Below are positions 49,247 to 58,556 of a stretch of DNA of 64,000 nt, in pieces. The DNA comes from an uncultured Bdellovibrionales bacterium. Lineage in GTDB: Bacteria; Bdellovibrionota; Bdellovibrionia; Bdellovibrionales; UBA1609. Position 1 is the first letter of the stretch; each line of letters opens with the position of its first letter. The stretch is from contig CAILEP010000020.1 in NCBI GenBank assembly GCA_903833275.1, forward strand, positions 8,277 to 72,276, written 5' to 3'. Position numbers and translations under genes: made by a program. A model generated the notes under the pieces. The model did not search any database. It had not been told where the DNA came from and was given only the letters and a program-made list of their open reading frames with translations.

Positions 49247-50479
49247 GTGAAATTCGTAGATGAAGTAACGATCGAAGTGGCTTCGGGTCATGGTGGGCCC
49301 GGCTGCGTCAGTTTTCGCCGCGAGAAATTTGTTCCGCGCGGTGGGCCGGACGGTGGTGACGGCGGCCGTGGTGGCAATGTCACGTTCAAAACGTCAACAC
49401 GTCTACATTCACTTCTCGATTTAAAAATCAAAACTAAATATCGCGCCGAAGACGGCGAAAAGGGTGGCACTCAGAAATCCTCTGGGGCCGATGGCAACGA
49501 TTTAACCCTTTGGGTGCCACCGGGCACAATTATTAAAAGCACCTCTGGTGAGATCATTCGAGACCTTGGCGCTGACGAAGAATTTGTGTTTCTGACCGGT
49601 GGTAAGGGTGGCAAAGGCAACCCATTTTATAAAACCAGCGTCAACCAAGCTCCGTCGGTTGCGCAAAAGGGCTTGCCCGGGCAGGCGGCGACAATACACC
49701 TCGAACTTAAGCTTCTCGCCGACATCGGTATTATTGGTTATCCGAACGCCGGCAAATCGACGCTGATTTCTCATATCTCGGCGGCAAGACCGAAAGTGGC
49801 CGACTACCCGTTTACAACGCTTGTGCCAAACCTCGGCGTTGTCAGATTAAATGAAGATTCGAATTTTATTGTCGCAGATATGCCGGGGCTAATTAAAGGC
49901 GCGCATAAGGGCGTCGGCTTGGGGACGCGATTTCTAAAACATATTGAGCGTACAAAATGTTTTGTTCATGTCGTTGATGTCAGTGGCATGAGCGGGCGAA
50001 ATCCCATGCAAGACTTTAGCGACATTAATCGCGAATTGAAGATGTACGATTTGGCACATAAAGATGAAGACGATTTTGTTCCGCTTTCTGAGCGCGCCCA
50101 GATTGTTGCTCTAAACAAAGTTGACGTCTTGGATCCAGCCGCAATTGAAAAAGTTAAAAGAGAATTTTCACGTATAAATTATAAAGTGGTCGAGATTTCA
50201 GCTGCCACCGGAAAAAATTTAAAAGATCTGATCTATTTAATGGGAGAGATGGTATTCAATGAAAAAGACGAAAGCCAAAAAACAAAAGGCAAAGTCGAAG
50301 GCCCCGGCAAAAAAATTGCCAAAAAAGTTGGCAAAAAAATCGGCAAAGAAATTAGCCAAGGCGCCAACAAAAAAATTAGCAAAACGCTTGCCAAAAAAGG
50401 CCGTGCGAAGGGCGCTAATAAAAAATCGCCCGGTACCAAAAAAGCGACTGGTAACAAAGGCCCCGCAAAGAAAAAGTGA
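49247..50479 (+). CDS. obgE: GTPase ObgE/CgtA with a Lys-rich tail
   Basis: Gly-rich Obg fold, GYPNAGKST, YPFTT, DMPG, NKVD. Confidence 0.96.
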   Translation: MKFVDEVTIEVASGHGGPGCVSFRREKFVPRGGPDGGDGGRGGNVTFKTSTRLHSLLDLKIKTKYRAEDGEKGGTQKSSGADGNDLTLWVPPGTIIKSTSGEIIRDLGADEEFVFLTGGKGGKGNPFYKTSVNQAPSVAQKGLPGQAATIHLELKLLADIGIIGYPNAGKSTLISHISAARPKVADYPFTTLVPNLGVVRLNEDSNFIVADMPGLIKGAHKGVGLGTRFLKHIERTKCFVHVVDVSGMSGRNPMQDFSDINRELKMYDLAHKDEDDFVPLSERAQIVALNKVDVLDPAAIEKVKREFSRINYKVVEISAATGKNLKDLIYLMGEMVFNEKDESQKTKGKVEGPGKKIAKKVGKKIGKEISQGANKKISKTLAKKGRAKGANKKSPGTKKATGNKGPAKKK

Positions 50480-51518
50480 AGCTAACGTCAGCCGATCACT
50501 TGTACCGACCAACCCGTCTATTCGAATTGGTTTATTTGGCGGCACTTTTGACCCGATACACTTTGGTCACCTCAATAGCATCGAGACAGTTCTTGCGACG
50601 CTTGATTTAGACAATGTTTGGGTTGTTCCCGCCAATAAGAGCCCCAATCGTGAAACTGACCCCGGCCCAAATGCGAGTCAGCGACTTGAAATGGTGAAGC
50701 TTGGCCTAAGTTCATTGCCTCATATTTTGGATAGAATTGAAATTCGCCACGAAGAACTTGATCGCGACGGCATCAGTTACACCATCGACACCTTGGCTCA
50801 GTTTCAAAAGCTTGAGCCGCAGGCCCATTTTTATCTAGTGATCGGCGCTGATCAGTTTGAGGTTTTTGACAAGTGGAAGGACTATAAAAAGATTCTACTA
50901 AATACGACGCTTGTCGTAACCTCGCGACCAGGCATGGCTTTGCCTATTGATAAAGAGGGCTGCCCAGCTTGGTTGGTAAAGGACATCAAGTCTTTTGAAG
51001 AGACGAAAATTAGACTCAAATCTAATTCTGAAATTATTTTTGTTAAATTGAGGGATGTCGAGGCTTCTAGCACCGAAATTCGGCGTCGACTTCGTCGTCG
51101 TGAGAACGTGAGCTACCTGCTTCCGTCAGTAGTCGCCGAGTACGCTATTGCCAATCGTCTTTATGATTCAGAAACGAACATTCGCGATTTTTCAGAATTT
51201 GCAAAATTTTGCATCTCTGTCTTGAATGACAAGGGCGGGCTCGCCGTTGCGGGCTATGACTTGCGGCCACTTGTGCAGCCAGCAGAATTTTCTGTTGCGG
51301 CCTCAGGCACAAGCACGCGACATGCCCGGGCACTCTGCGAACATGTAATTAAAGAAGCTAAGGATCGATTCGGAATTCGGCCCCAAAGCACAGAGGGCAT
51401 TCAAGAGGGTCGTTGGATAATTGTCGATTACGGATCTCTTATGATTCATGTTTTTTATGATTTTGTACGTAATGAATATAAAATTGAAGACCTTTGGGCA
51501 AAAGCCTCGCGAATATGA
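50259..51518 (+). CDS. nadD: NadD-RsfS fusion with an N-terminal histone H1-like Lys-rich segment (start uncertain)
   Basis: GGTFDPIHFGH, SYTIDTL, IGADQ, SSTEIR; C-terminal RsfS motif WIIVDYGSLMIHVF...YKIEDLW. Confidence 0.85.
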   Translation: MKKTKAKKQKAKSKAPAKKLPKKLAKKSAKKLAKAPTKKLAKRLPKKAVRRALIKNRPVPKKRLVTKAPQRKSEANVSRSLVPTNPSIRIGLFGGTFDPIHFGHLNSIETVLATLDLDNVWVVPANKSPNRETDPGPNASQRLEMVKLGLSSLPHILDRIEIRHEELDRDGISYTIDTLAQFQKLEPQAHFYLVIGADQFEVFDKWKDYKKILLNTTLVVTSRPGMALPIDKEGCPAWLVKDIKSFEETKIRLKSNSEIIFVKLRDVEASSTEIRRRLRRRENVSYLLPSVVAEYAIANRLYDSETNIRDFSEFAKFCISVLNDKGGLAVAGYDLRPLVQPAEFSVAASGTSTRHARALCEHVIKEAKDRFGIRPQSTEGIQEGRWIIVDYGSLMIHVFYDFVRNEYKIEDLWAKASRI

Positions 51519-51988
51519 AGATTCAACTCGCCAGGCTTCAAAATAAGTCGTGCGAGTGGGCCGAATTGGGCGCTAGAGATTATTCAAAAAAAATATCGGC
51601 GATCGTACAATTCGAAGAAGTTCAAATTAAATCAAAATCGGCTGACCGCGAGAGCGCGGAGGCAAAAAAACAAGCCGAGGGCGAATCGCTTTTGCGCTAT
51701 GTTGAAGTGAGCGATCACCTTGTCTTGTTTGATGAAAAGGGTCGAAATTTCAAAAGTTCGCGAGAATTCTCGCAATTTTTTTTGAAAGTAATGGGCGCCG
51801 GAAAGAAGAGGGCCATCCTCGCGATCGGCGGGCCGTATGGTTTTTCGGATGCAGTGCGGGCCCGCGCCAATGATCAGATCAGTTTTTCAGGGCTTACATT
51901 TAATCATCATTTGGCGCGCGTAGTAGCGCTTGAACAAATCTATCGAGCTCTTTCGATCTGGAAGAATCTGCCCTTCCACAACGATTAG
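51515..51988 (+). CDS. rlmH: 23S rRNA m3Psi1915 methyltransferase RlmH
   Basis: IGGPYG, LTFNHHLAR, EQIYRA, PFH; ATGA overlap with the upstream stop. Confidence 0.93.
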   Translation: MKIQLARLQNKSCEWAELGARDYSKKISAIVQFEEVQIKSKSADRESAEAKKQAEGESLLRYVEVSDHLVLFDEKGRNFKSSREFSQFFLKVMGAGKKRAILAIGGPYGFSDAVRARANDQISFSGLTFNHHLARVVALEQIYRALSIWKNLPFHND

Positions 51989-52016
51989 CGGCACGTGTTT
52001 TGCTAAAATTGAGTGA

Positions 52017-52715
52017 ATGAATTCAATCTCGAGACTATTGCAGAATGTGTCCGCAAGTTTACGACTTTGTCTGTATTGTGTCCGGCCGGCCAAGGCGAAC
52101 ACGCTGTTGTGTGAAGTTTGCGATTTGAGATTCGAGGCGGGCCGGCGAAGAAACTGGGTTCGATTTCAGAGTGGGGTACCGATTTTATCGCTCTACAATT
52201 GGCATGATTCGGAGCACCCCGTGTATCAACGGTTTGCCCAATCACTAAAGGGCGGTGGGGTGCCAGATATTTTTGCCAATATAGCCGCGGATATTAGTGA
52301 AATGCGGCTCAATTTCTACCCACAGATTTTAGAAAAAAATATTCTAAATTCCACCCACGGAAGATCGACTGCACCAATCCAGTTTGTGCCAGCGCCGGGC
52401 CGCTCACAGCGATTTCGAGATCATGCAGAAGAGTTAGCATTTCAATTGGCGAAATTGTGGGGTGGCCAATACTGTGCTGCTCTAGCCAGAAAAGACGATT
52501 CTGGGCAGAAAAAAGCGACGGCCGAGATGCGGTGGCGACGACAGCGAGTAGTAGCGAATGAGATAAGCATTGATCGGGCGAGGCCTGTTGTTTTCATTGA
52601 TGATGTCCTCACCACCGGCAGTACCGCGACAATGGCTTATCGAGCGCTCGGTCGACCCGAGAAATTTGAAATTTGGACTGTGTTTTACCGCCCGCGCTTG
52701 CGCGCATTCAGCTGA
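52017..52715 (+). CDS. ComF family (zinc ribbon plus PRTase-like) protein
   Basis: CLYC...CEVC and IDDVLTTGST motifs. Confidence 0.8.
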   Translation: MNSISRLLQNVSASLRLCLYCVRPAKANTLLCEVCDLRFEAGRRRNWVRFQSGVPILSLYNWHDSEHPVYQRFAQSLKGGGVPDIFANIAADISEMRLNFYPQILEKNILNSTHGRSTAPIQFVPAPGRSQRFRDHAEELAFQLAKLWGGQYCAALARKDDSGQKKATAEMRWRRQRVVANEISIDRARPVVFIDDVLTTGSTATMAYRALGRPEKFEIWTVFYRPRLRAFS

Positions 52716-52726
52716 TTGTGTATAAC
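52698..52726 (+). promoter_or_regulatory. Sigma70-like promoter immediately before the lolA ATG
   Basis: TTGCGC-N17-TATAAC-N5-ATG; no SD. Confidence 0.55.
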
Positions 52727-52731
52727 GCGCC

Positions 52732-53424
52732 ATGCTGATGAGATCGATGATTGTAAAAATTACAGCCATAGGGGCTATAGGCCTTTTTGGTATCGCCTCA
52801 AGTGCGGACAAAGCCAGGGGCTCAGTCGAGATTGGTCTTATTAAAGCGGCGTTAAAAAAATATCAGAATGCTGATGCAGTAAAAATCGATCTCAAGAAAA
52901 CCATAAAGCTGGCGTTGCTCGACGAAGTTAAAAAATCTGAAGGTGTGCTCACGATATCTAAGGGGCAGCTACGGCTTGAAATTTTAAAGCCCGAGCTAAC
53001 GACGCTGATCGTGACCAACAAATTGATATGGCTGATTACTCCGGCGCCAAAAGAGCTTGGTGGTAAAACACAAGTTTTGAAAATCACATCTCAAAGTTTT
53101 AAAAAGCAGGCGAAAGCGCCACTAGGCCTTCTGTTGGGTCGGCCAGCGGCGTGGGACCAGTTTGAAGTCATTAAGAAGCATGAATCTGAGAGCACCATCG
53201 AATACACGCTGAAGCCGAAGGGTGCCGATGTGGTGGGGGAAATTGTTGGGCTCAAAGTTGTGCTTGATAAAAAATCGAATGATCTTAAGGCGCTGACCTA
53301 TTCGGATGATCTTGAAAATGAAACGCACTTCGATTTTGCGATTGCAGACTTTAAGGCCAAAATAAATGGCGAGAGTTTCAAATATTCTCCGGCAGTGGAT
53401 GCCGAAGTTACGGAGTACAAATGA
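52732..53424 (+). CDS. lolA: LolA-like outer-membrane lipoprotein carrier
   Basis: Signal peptide; SEGVLTISKGQLRLE; C-terminal FKYSPAVDAEV; located before rimO. Confidence 0.7.
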   Translation: MLMRSMIVKITAIGAIGLFGIASSADKARGSVEIGLIKAALKKYQNADAVKIDLKKTIKLALLDEVKKSEGVLTISKGQLRLEILKPELTTLIVTNKLIWLITPAPKELGGKTQVLKITSQSFKKQAKAPLGLLLGRPAAWDQFEVIKKHESESTIEYTLKPKGADVVGEIVGLKVVLDKKSNDLKALTYSDDLENETHFDFAIADFKAKINGESFKYSPAVDAEVTEYK

Positions 53425-54803
53425 AAACCGTGCACTTTGTTTCGTTGGGTTGCCCCAAAAATTTAGTTGATACAGAAATGATGTTGGGTGCACTAGGCCG
53501 CGACGGATATAAAATTGTCGAAAACGCAGAAGAAGCCGATACCGTTATCGTCAACACCTGTGGGTTTATTGATGAGGCCAAGAAAGAGTCGGTCGAGAAG
53601 ATTTTAGAAATGTCAGAGTTGAAGAAGACCGGCAAACTTAAAAACCTTGTGGTGGCCGGCTGCTTAACCCAGCGCTATAAAGACGAACTTGTTGAGGGCT
53701 TGCCTGAGGCTGATCTTTTCTTGGGCTCGGGGTCATTTCAAAATATTGATAAAATTCTACGCGACCGCGAACAGGGCTCAAAAGAGAAAAAATTTTTTAA
53801 TTTGCCGACGTACCTTCAAGAAGAGTCGACCCCACGAATCAACTCGCAGCCAAAGCACCGCGCGTACTTAAAAATTTCAGAAGGTTGCAAAAAGCGTTGT
53901 GCCTTTTGTGCCATCCCGCTGATTAGGGGCAATCTTCAGTCGAGAAAAATCACCGGTATTTTAGGCGAGGCAAAGTTGCTCGTCGCCGGCGGGGTCAAGG
54001 AGCTGTTGATTATTTCGCACGACTTTACTGATTTCGGATGGGATTTGAAAAAAGCAGACGCGGGCGCAAAAGAGTCGCCGGTTGAGCTTTTAAGGGTGCT
54101 CTCGGAAGAGTCTGGGGCGCAGTGGATTCGAGTTTTGTATTTGTATCCAGATGGGATCACCCCAGAAATGATTGAGCTAATTAAAACTCGCCAAAATTTG
54201 GTGAAATACTTCGATATGCCGCTTCAGCACATTAACAATGAAATGCTGAAAAGCATGAACCGCCGAATGACTCACGAAGAAATATCGGTTGTACTGACGA
54301 ACATTCGTCGCGAGATACCTGAAGCCGTTATCCGAACGCAGTTTATCGTAGGCTTTCCGGGTGAAACAGAAGAGCAATTTCAAGAGCTTTTGGCCTTTGT
54401 AAAAGAGCAAGAATTTGATCGCGTTGGTTGTTTTAAATACTCAATAGAAGAAGGCACGAAGGCGGGTTCGATGGCGGGTCAAATTTCGGAAGAAATCAAA
54501 GAGAGGCGCTTTCAGGCTTTGATGGCGGCTCAACGAAAAATCAGTCGACGAAAACAGAAAGAATTAATTGGTCGCGTGTTGCCAGTTGTGGTTGAGGGTT
54601 TCAGCGATGAAACAGAACTTCTTTTGCAGGGTCGAACTTCGCAACAGGCGCCTGAGATTGATGGAATGGTCTATATAAATGACGGTGTCGCAAAAACAGG
54701 TGAGATCGTTATGGTCGAAATTACCGATGCGCACGATTACGATTTAGTGGGCAGAATATTGCCAACCCGAGCAAAAGAAATTACTCTTGAGGCAAGGGTT
54801 TAG
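53421..54803 (+). CDS. rimO: Ribosomal protein S12 methylthiotransferase RimO
   Basis: SLGCPKNLVD, VNTCGFI, CKKRCAFC, TRAM domain APEIDG. Confidence 0.96.
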   Translation: MKTVHFVSLGCPKNLVDTEMMLGALGRDGYKIVENAEEADTVIVNTCGFIDEAKKESVEKILEMSELKKTGKLKNLVVAGCLTQRYKDELVEGLPEADLFLGSGSFQNIDKILRDREQGSKEKKFFNLPTYLQEESTPRINSQPKHRAYLKISEGCKKRCAFCAIPLIRGNLQSRKITGILGEAKLLVAGGVKELLIISHDFTDFGWDLKKADAGAKESPVELLRVLSEESGAQWIRVLYLYPDGITPEMIELIKTRQNLVKYFDMPLQHINNEMLKSMNRRMTHEEISVVLTNIRREIPEAVIRTQFIVGFPGETEEQFQELLAFVKEQEFDRVGCFKYSIEEGTKAGSMAGQISEEIKERRFQALMAAQRKISRRKQKELIGRVLPVVVEGFSDETELLLQGRTSQQAPEIDGMVYINDGVAKTGEIVMVEITDAHDYDLVGRILPTRAKEITLEARV

Positions 54804-54821
54804 CAGCATCGGGAGGTCATC

Positions 54822-54899
54822 GTGAAGGTCAGCCCACTTTTGGCGGCGTTTGTTTTTTCGGCAGTTATTTTTTTTGTAATCAACGTAATATCTAGTTAA
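54822..54899 (+). CDS. Putative 25-aa single-TM microprotein MKVSPLLAAFVFSAVIFFVINVISS
   Basis: GGAGG SD (54812-54816) 5 nt before GTG; uniformly hydrophobic; TAA at 54897-54899. Confidence 0.55.
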   Translation: MKVSPLLAAFVFSAVIFFVINVISS

Positions 54900-54917
54900 A
54901 AAAATAAAATTAACTAA

Positions 54918-55433
54918 TTAATTCGCGTAGTTATAAATATCTTTATAGTTGCGGCCGATTTCTTCTGAGTCGAGCCCATAACCAATTACGAAGCGGTCAT
55001 CGATTGTTTTGCCAACATAATCCGGTTTTATCGGCAACTCTCGTCGCGCCGGCTTATCAAGTAGGGCAACGATTTTCAGACTTTTCGGGCCTCCGGCAAG
55101 TAAGCGACTTCGCAAAAAACTCAACGTTCGTCCAGCATCGATAATTTCTTCGGCAATAATAATGTGCTTGTTGGTGATGTCGACGCTGATATCTTTCAGA
55201 ATTCGAACGCCTTCACCTTTAGGTGATGTGAGGTGCACGAAATCAACAACGACCGGAAGGTGGATCTTGCGGACCAAGTCAGCCACGAAGAGGCAAGAGC
55301 CCTTTAATGGGCAAATTACTACGATCTCTTGATTTGCATAATCTTTTTCAATTTTCTTCGCCAGAGATTGAACCATTTCTGCAATCTCATCAGCGGTAAT
55401 GAACGGGACCATTTTGTCTTTCATTTGTGCCAT
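54918..55433 (-). CDS. hpt: Hypoxanthine phosphoribosyltransferase
   Basis: LKGS, PRPP motif AEEIIDAGRTL, LLDKP, FVIGYGLD. Confidence 0.92.
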   Translation of the reverse strand: MAQMKDKMVPFITADEIAEMVQSLAKKIEKDYANQEIVVICPLKGSCLFVADLVRKIHLPVVVDFVHLTSPKGEGVRILKDISVDITNKHIIIAEEIIDAGRTLSFLRSRLLAGGPKSLKIVALLDKPARRELPIKPDYVGKTIDDRFVIGYGLDSEEIGRNYKDIYNYAN

Positions 55434-55444
55434 AAGAAACTCCG

Positions 55445-56188
55445 TTAGAGATCGAGTTGGGGGTTGTTTAGTGAAGTGACTTGAATAGATTGGGCGAGGC
55501 GCAAATAGTCGCGAGCCGCTTGATTCTGTGGTTCGTAACGAAGGGCGGCTTCCCAGTTCTCAATCGCCTCAGGGATTTGCTGCGAATCGAAGTAGCATTT
55601 GCCGAGCTTCAGTCGAGCTGGGACGAAGTGTGGATGCTCGCGAACAATAAGGCGAAGTTCTCTTATTGCGAGATTTAAGTTTTGAAGAACAATATAACAT
55701 TCGGCAATGCTGACCGATATTTCAGGTCGGCGCATCGTCGTGAGCGCCAAGGCTTTCTTGAACTGCTCGAGGCCTTCGTCAACACGGTTGTGATGTAAAT
55801 ACATTTCGCCGAGTTCATCGTGTTTAGTGGCAAATTTCTCATTAAGGCTCGCGTCGCTGGTTGGCGATTTGGTATTTAGCATTGCGCGAGCTTCGTCAAA
55901 AACCTTTTGGCCTTCGTCGTAGCGGCCAAGATCGTTAAGAATTACGCTGAGCCCGATTGAAGAATCGGTAAACCCGGGGTCGATCTCGAGTGCGCGCTTA
56001 AAGGATCGGATGGCTTTATTAAATTTACCTTGGTCGTAATAAACGGTGCCGAGCATGTGAAAAACTTCAGGGCGGCGTGAACTTTTCAAAACAAGCTGGT
56101 TAAGAATGGGTTCGGCTTCGGAATATTGGTTCGCCTTGAAGTGCTCTTCGGCGATTGAGAACAGCTCCTGCTCAGCTTCAAAATCCAT
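55445..56188 (-). CDS. Tetratricopeptide repeat protein (cytoplasmic)
   Basis: Multiple TPRs, e.g. FHMLGTVYYDQGKFNKAIRSFKRALEIDP. Confidence 0.88.
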   Translation of the reverse strand: MDFEAEQELFSIAEEHFKANQYSEAEPILNQLVLKSSRRPEVFHMLGTVYYDQGKFNKAIRSFKRALEIDPGFTDSSIGLSVILNDLGRYDEGQKVFDEARAMLNTKSPTSDASLNEKFATKHDELGEMYLHHNRVDEGLEQFKKALALTTMRRPEISVSIAECYIVLQNLNLAIRELRLIVREHPHFVPARLKLGKCYFDSQQIPEAIENWEAALRYEPQNQAARDYLRLAQSIQVTSLNNPQLDL

Positions 56189-56921
56189 CAGACAACTCCG
56201 AACGGGCTTTGGCGAGCTCTTTTGAGTTTGGGTAATCAGCCAAAAGTTTTTTAAAATAGGTCTTGGCGCGATCTAAATCTTTCATTTTGTAGGCCGAAAT
56301 GGTGGCCCGGTAAAGGGCCGGCAGATCGTAACCAAGATTGGGGTAGTTGTGCATGAGGTCTTCGTAGCGCCCCAGAGCGCTCTGCCATTTTTCGCGAATG
56401 AAATAAAAGTCAGCTACGTAATTGGCTTTATCGGCCAACATTTTCTGGGCCTTTGCGCGATACTCCGTGGCCTTGGGTACAAATTCGCTCGAAGAATAGG
56501 AGTGTATGAGCTGGTCAAAATAATCGATAGCCGTTGTGGCGAGTGCCAAATCACGATCGATCGTGGGCGGCAACTGATTAAAAACGCTGAGGCCAAGGCG
56601 GTAAGTGACGTAGTCGGCGCGGGCGTGGTTTGGGTGAAATTCTTTAAATAATTTATAGGCGCCTTCGGCCTCGGGATAGTTTTCGCGAGAGAATTCGATG
56701 TCGGCGATCTTCAATTGGGATTCTGTTGCGAACCGACTGTAGGGGAACTTGTTTTTTACTTCGGAGTAGTAGGTAATCGCTTCTTCGTAGCGTTCTTCTT
56801 TTTCAAATTTTTGACCAAGAGCAAAAGCGCCTTCGGCGGTGTTTTTATCGAGCTTTTCGGTTGATGCACAGCCGGTGAATAAAAATGAGAAAATGATGAG
56901 GCAAGATAGGGTTTTTGACAT
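56178..56921 (-). CDS. bamD: Outer membrane protein assembly lipoprotein BamD
   Basis: Lipobox FTGC; FPYS, FKEFHP, IDRD, VADFY motifs. Confidence 0.88.
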   Translation of the reverse strand: MSKTLSCLIIFSFLFTGCASTEKLDKNTAEGAFALGQKFEKEERYEEAITYYSEVKNKFPYSRFATESQLKIADIEFSRENYPEAEGAYKLFKEFHPNHARADYVTYRLGLSVFNQLPPTIDRDLALATTAIDYFDQLIHSYSSSEFVPKATEYRAKAQKMLADKANYVADFYFIREKWQSALGRYEDLMHNYPNLGYDLPALYRATISAYKMKDLDRAKTYFKKLLADYPNSKELAKARSELSDGF

Positions 56922-56959
56922 AGGCGCAGTTTAAAATTCGCCCTACGACGATGTCAAAT

Positions 56960-58021
56960 TTAAACGGTGTAGTCGGTGAGATGCTTATAGATATTAACAA
57001 GGGTGACCTTTAGGGCTGCGGCCACCGGAATCGAAATAATCATGCCGAGAACGCCCATAACCTCAGCACCAAGAATAACCACTAGAATCACTGATATAGG
57101 GTGAAGATTGACCACCCGCGCGACAACGAGGGGGATGATGAAAAACACATCGATCAGTTGGGCCACCACGTAAACCAAAAGCACAAAAAGCAATTTGAGG
57201 CCGATGCCCGAATTAACAACGACGATAAGGGCCGCCGGAGCTGCACCCACCAGTGGGCCGATATAGGGGATAAGATTAGTGATGGCAGCAAAGGCGGCGA
57301 GCAAAATGGCGAACGGAAAGCCGATAGTCCACAGCCCGATAAGAACGACGGCACCAACGATGACAGACTCGAGAAGTCGCGCCCTTATAAAGTGTGCGAT
57401 TTGATCGCTGATCTGGCTTTGAAGACTCAAAATTAACTCAAAAATATTATTCGGTACAATTCTGAGAAGTTCGCGTGAAATTTGTCGGCCATCTTTAAGC
57501 ATAAAAAAACCGAGAAGGGGCGATAGCACAAGAACCGATGCTGAAGATGAGAGAAAACTGGGCAGGCCCTCAACAAGCTTTGTCGACTGTGAGGTGAGTA
57601 GCGTGCGCAGCTGCTCGCTGAGGTTAACGTGAAAAAGGCCGCTATCATTGGCATTGAGGGTCTGGGTGAGGCGGTCGGCAAGTTTTACGGCACCATCGAC
57701 ATAGCTCGGCAAACTTTGTTTCAGTGATTGAAACTGATCGATGAAAAAAGGCGAGATTGCCCAAATCGCAAGGCCGGCGCAGGTTGAGAATAAAACATAA
57801 ACGATAAGTATAACGGCGAGACGACTCAGGCCCGCGGACTCTAGGTAGGACACCGCCGGCGAAACAATATAAGTGCAAACAAGCGCAACGACGAAAGAGA
57901 GAAGTAAATTATTAATAACAAAGAGGCTGGTGAGGCCCAGAACGACGATCGAAATGAAAACGATAAGCTGAATCCAATGCTGACGACGTACGCGCGAATC
58001 GATATCAATTGCTTGAATCAT
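56960..58021 (-). CDS. AI-2E (PerM) family transporter
   Basis: NLIPYIGP, LHPISVIL, GVLGMIISIP motifs. Confidence 0.9.
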   Translation of the reverse strand: MIQAIDIDSRVRRQHWIQLIVFISIVVLGLTSLFVINNLLLSFVVALVCTYIVSPAVSYLESAGLSRLAVILIVYVLFSTCAGLAIWAISPFFIDQFQSLKQSLPSYVDGAVKLADRLTQTLNANDSGLFHVNLSEQLRTLLTSQSTKLVEGLPSFLSSSASVLVLSPLLGFFMLKDGRQISRELLRIVPNNIFELILSLQSQISDQIAHFIRARLLESVIVGAVVLIGLWTIGFPFAILLAAFAAITNLIPYIGPLVGAAPAALIVVVNSGIGLKLLFVLLVYVVAQLIDVFFIIPLVVARVVNLHPISVILVVILGAEVMGVLGMIISIPVAAALKVTLVNIYKHLTDYTV

Positions 58022-58556
58022 CTTGGGCCATTTCTTTGAGTTCTCGTTTTACTTCAGTAAAGCGCTCAGCTGTTTCTTTCAAGCGGCGGCCGAGAACTTC
58101 GCCTAAGCGAGTGAGAATCTTTACGCCCGTTCGCGGGCTGCGCTCGATAATCTCAGCCAAATCAGGCTTGAAAAAACCCAAAAGGGCCACTTCATCAGTT
58201 GCGGTGGCGGTAGCTGTTCGGCGACCGGTTTGCTCAACAAGCGCGATTTCGCCGAAAAAATCCCCTCGACCGAGGCGGGTGACAAAAACATTGCGCTGGC
58301 TTTCGTCCGCTGCGCGAAGGTCTTCAACGGTAATGTTTACGGTGCCCTTAACAATGATATACATGCCAACGCCGAGCTCGCCTTGGCGAAAAATAGATTC
58401 GCCTGGGCGATAGGCGCGGTAGTGCACAAGTGTTTTTATAAAAGCCATTTCGGCTTTGCTGAGCACTCGAAACAGATAGTTCTCATTTAGCACAAGATCA
58501 ATTTCTGAGTCTTTTTGGCCGCGCCGAAAGAGGTTCTCCCAAAGATAATTTACCAT
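58005..58556 (-). CDS. Stand-alone cyclic nucleotide-binding domain protein
   Basis: IFRQGE..GMYIIVKG; phosphate-binding cassette FFGEIAL...RTATA; no HTH. Confidence 0.88.
   Translation of the reverse strand: MVNYLWENLFRRGQKDSEIDLVLNENYLFRVLSKAEMAFIKTLVHYRAYRPGESIFRQGELGVGMYIIVKGTVNITVEDLRAADESQRNVFVTRLGRGDFFGEIALVEQTGRRTATATATDEVALLGFFKPDLAEIIERSPRTGVKILTRLGEVLGRRLKETAERFTEVKRELKEMAQDDSSN

Noticed and set aside
48956-49291. Antisense ORF over rpmA
   Set aside because: Shadow of a conserved ribosomal gene.
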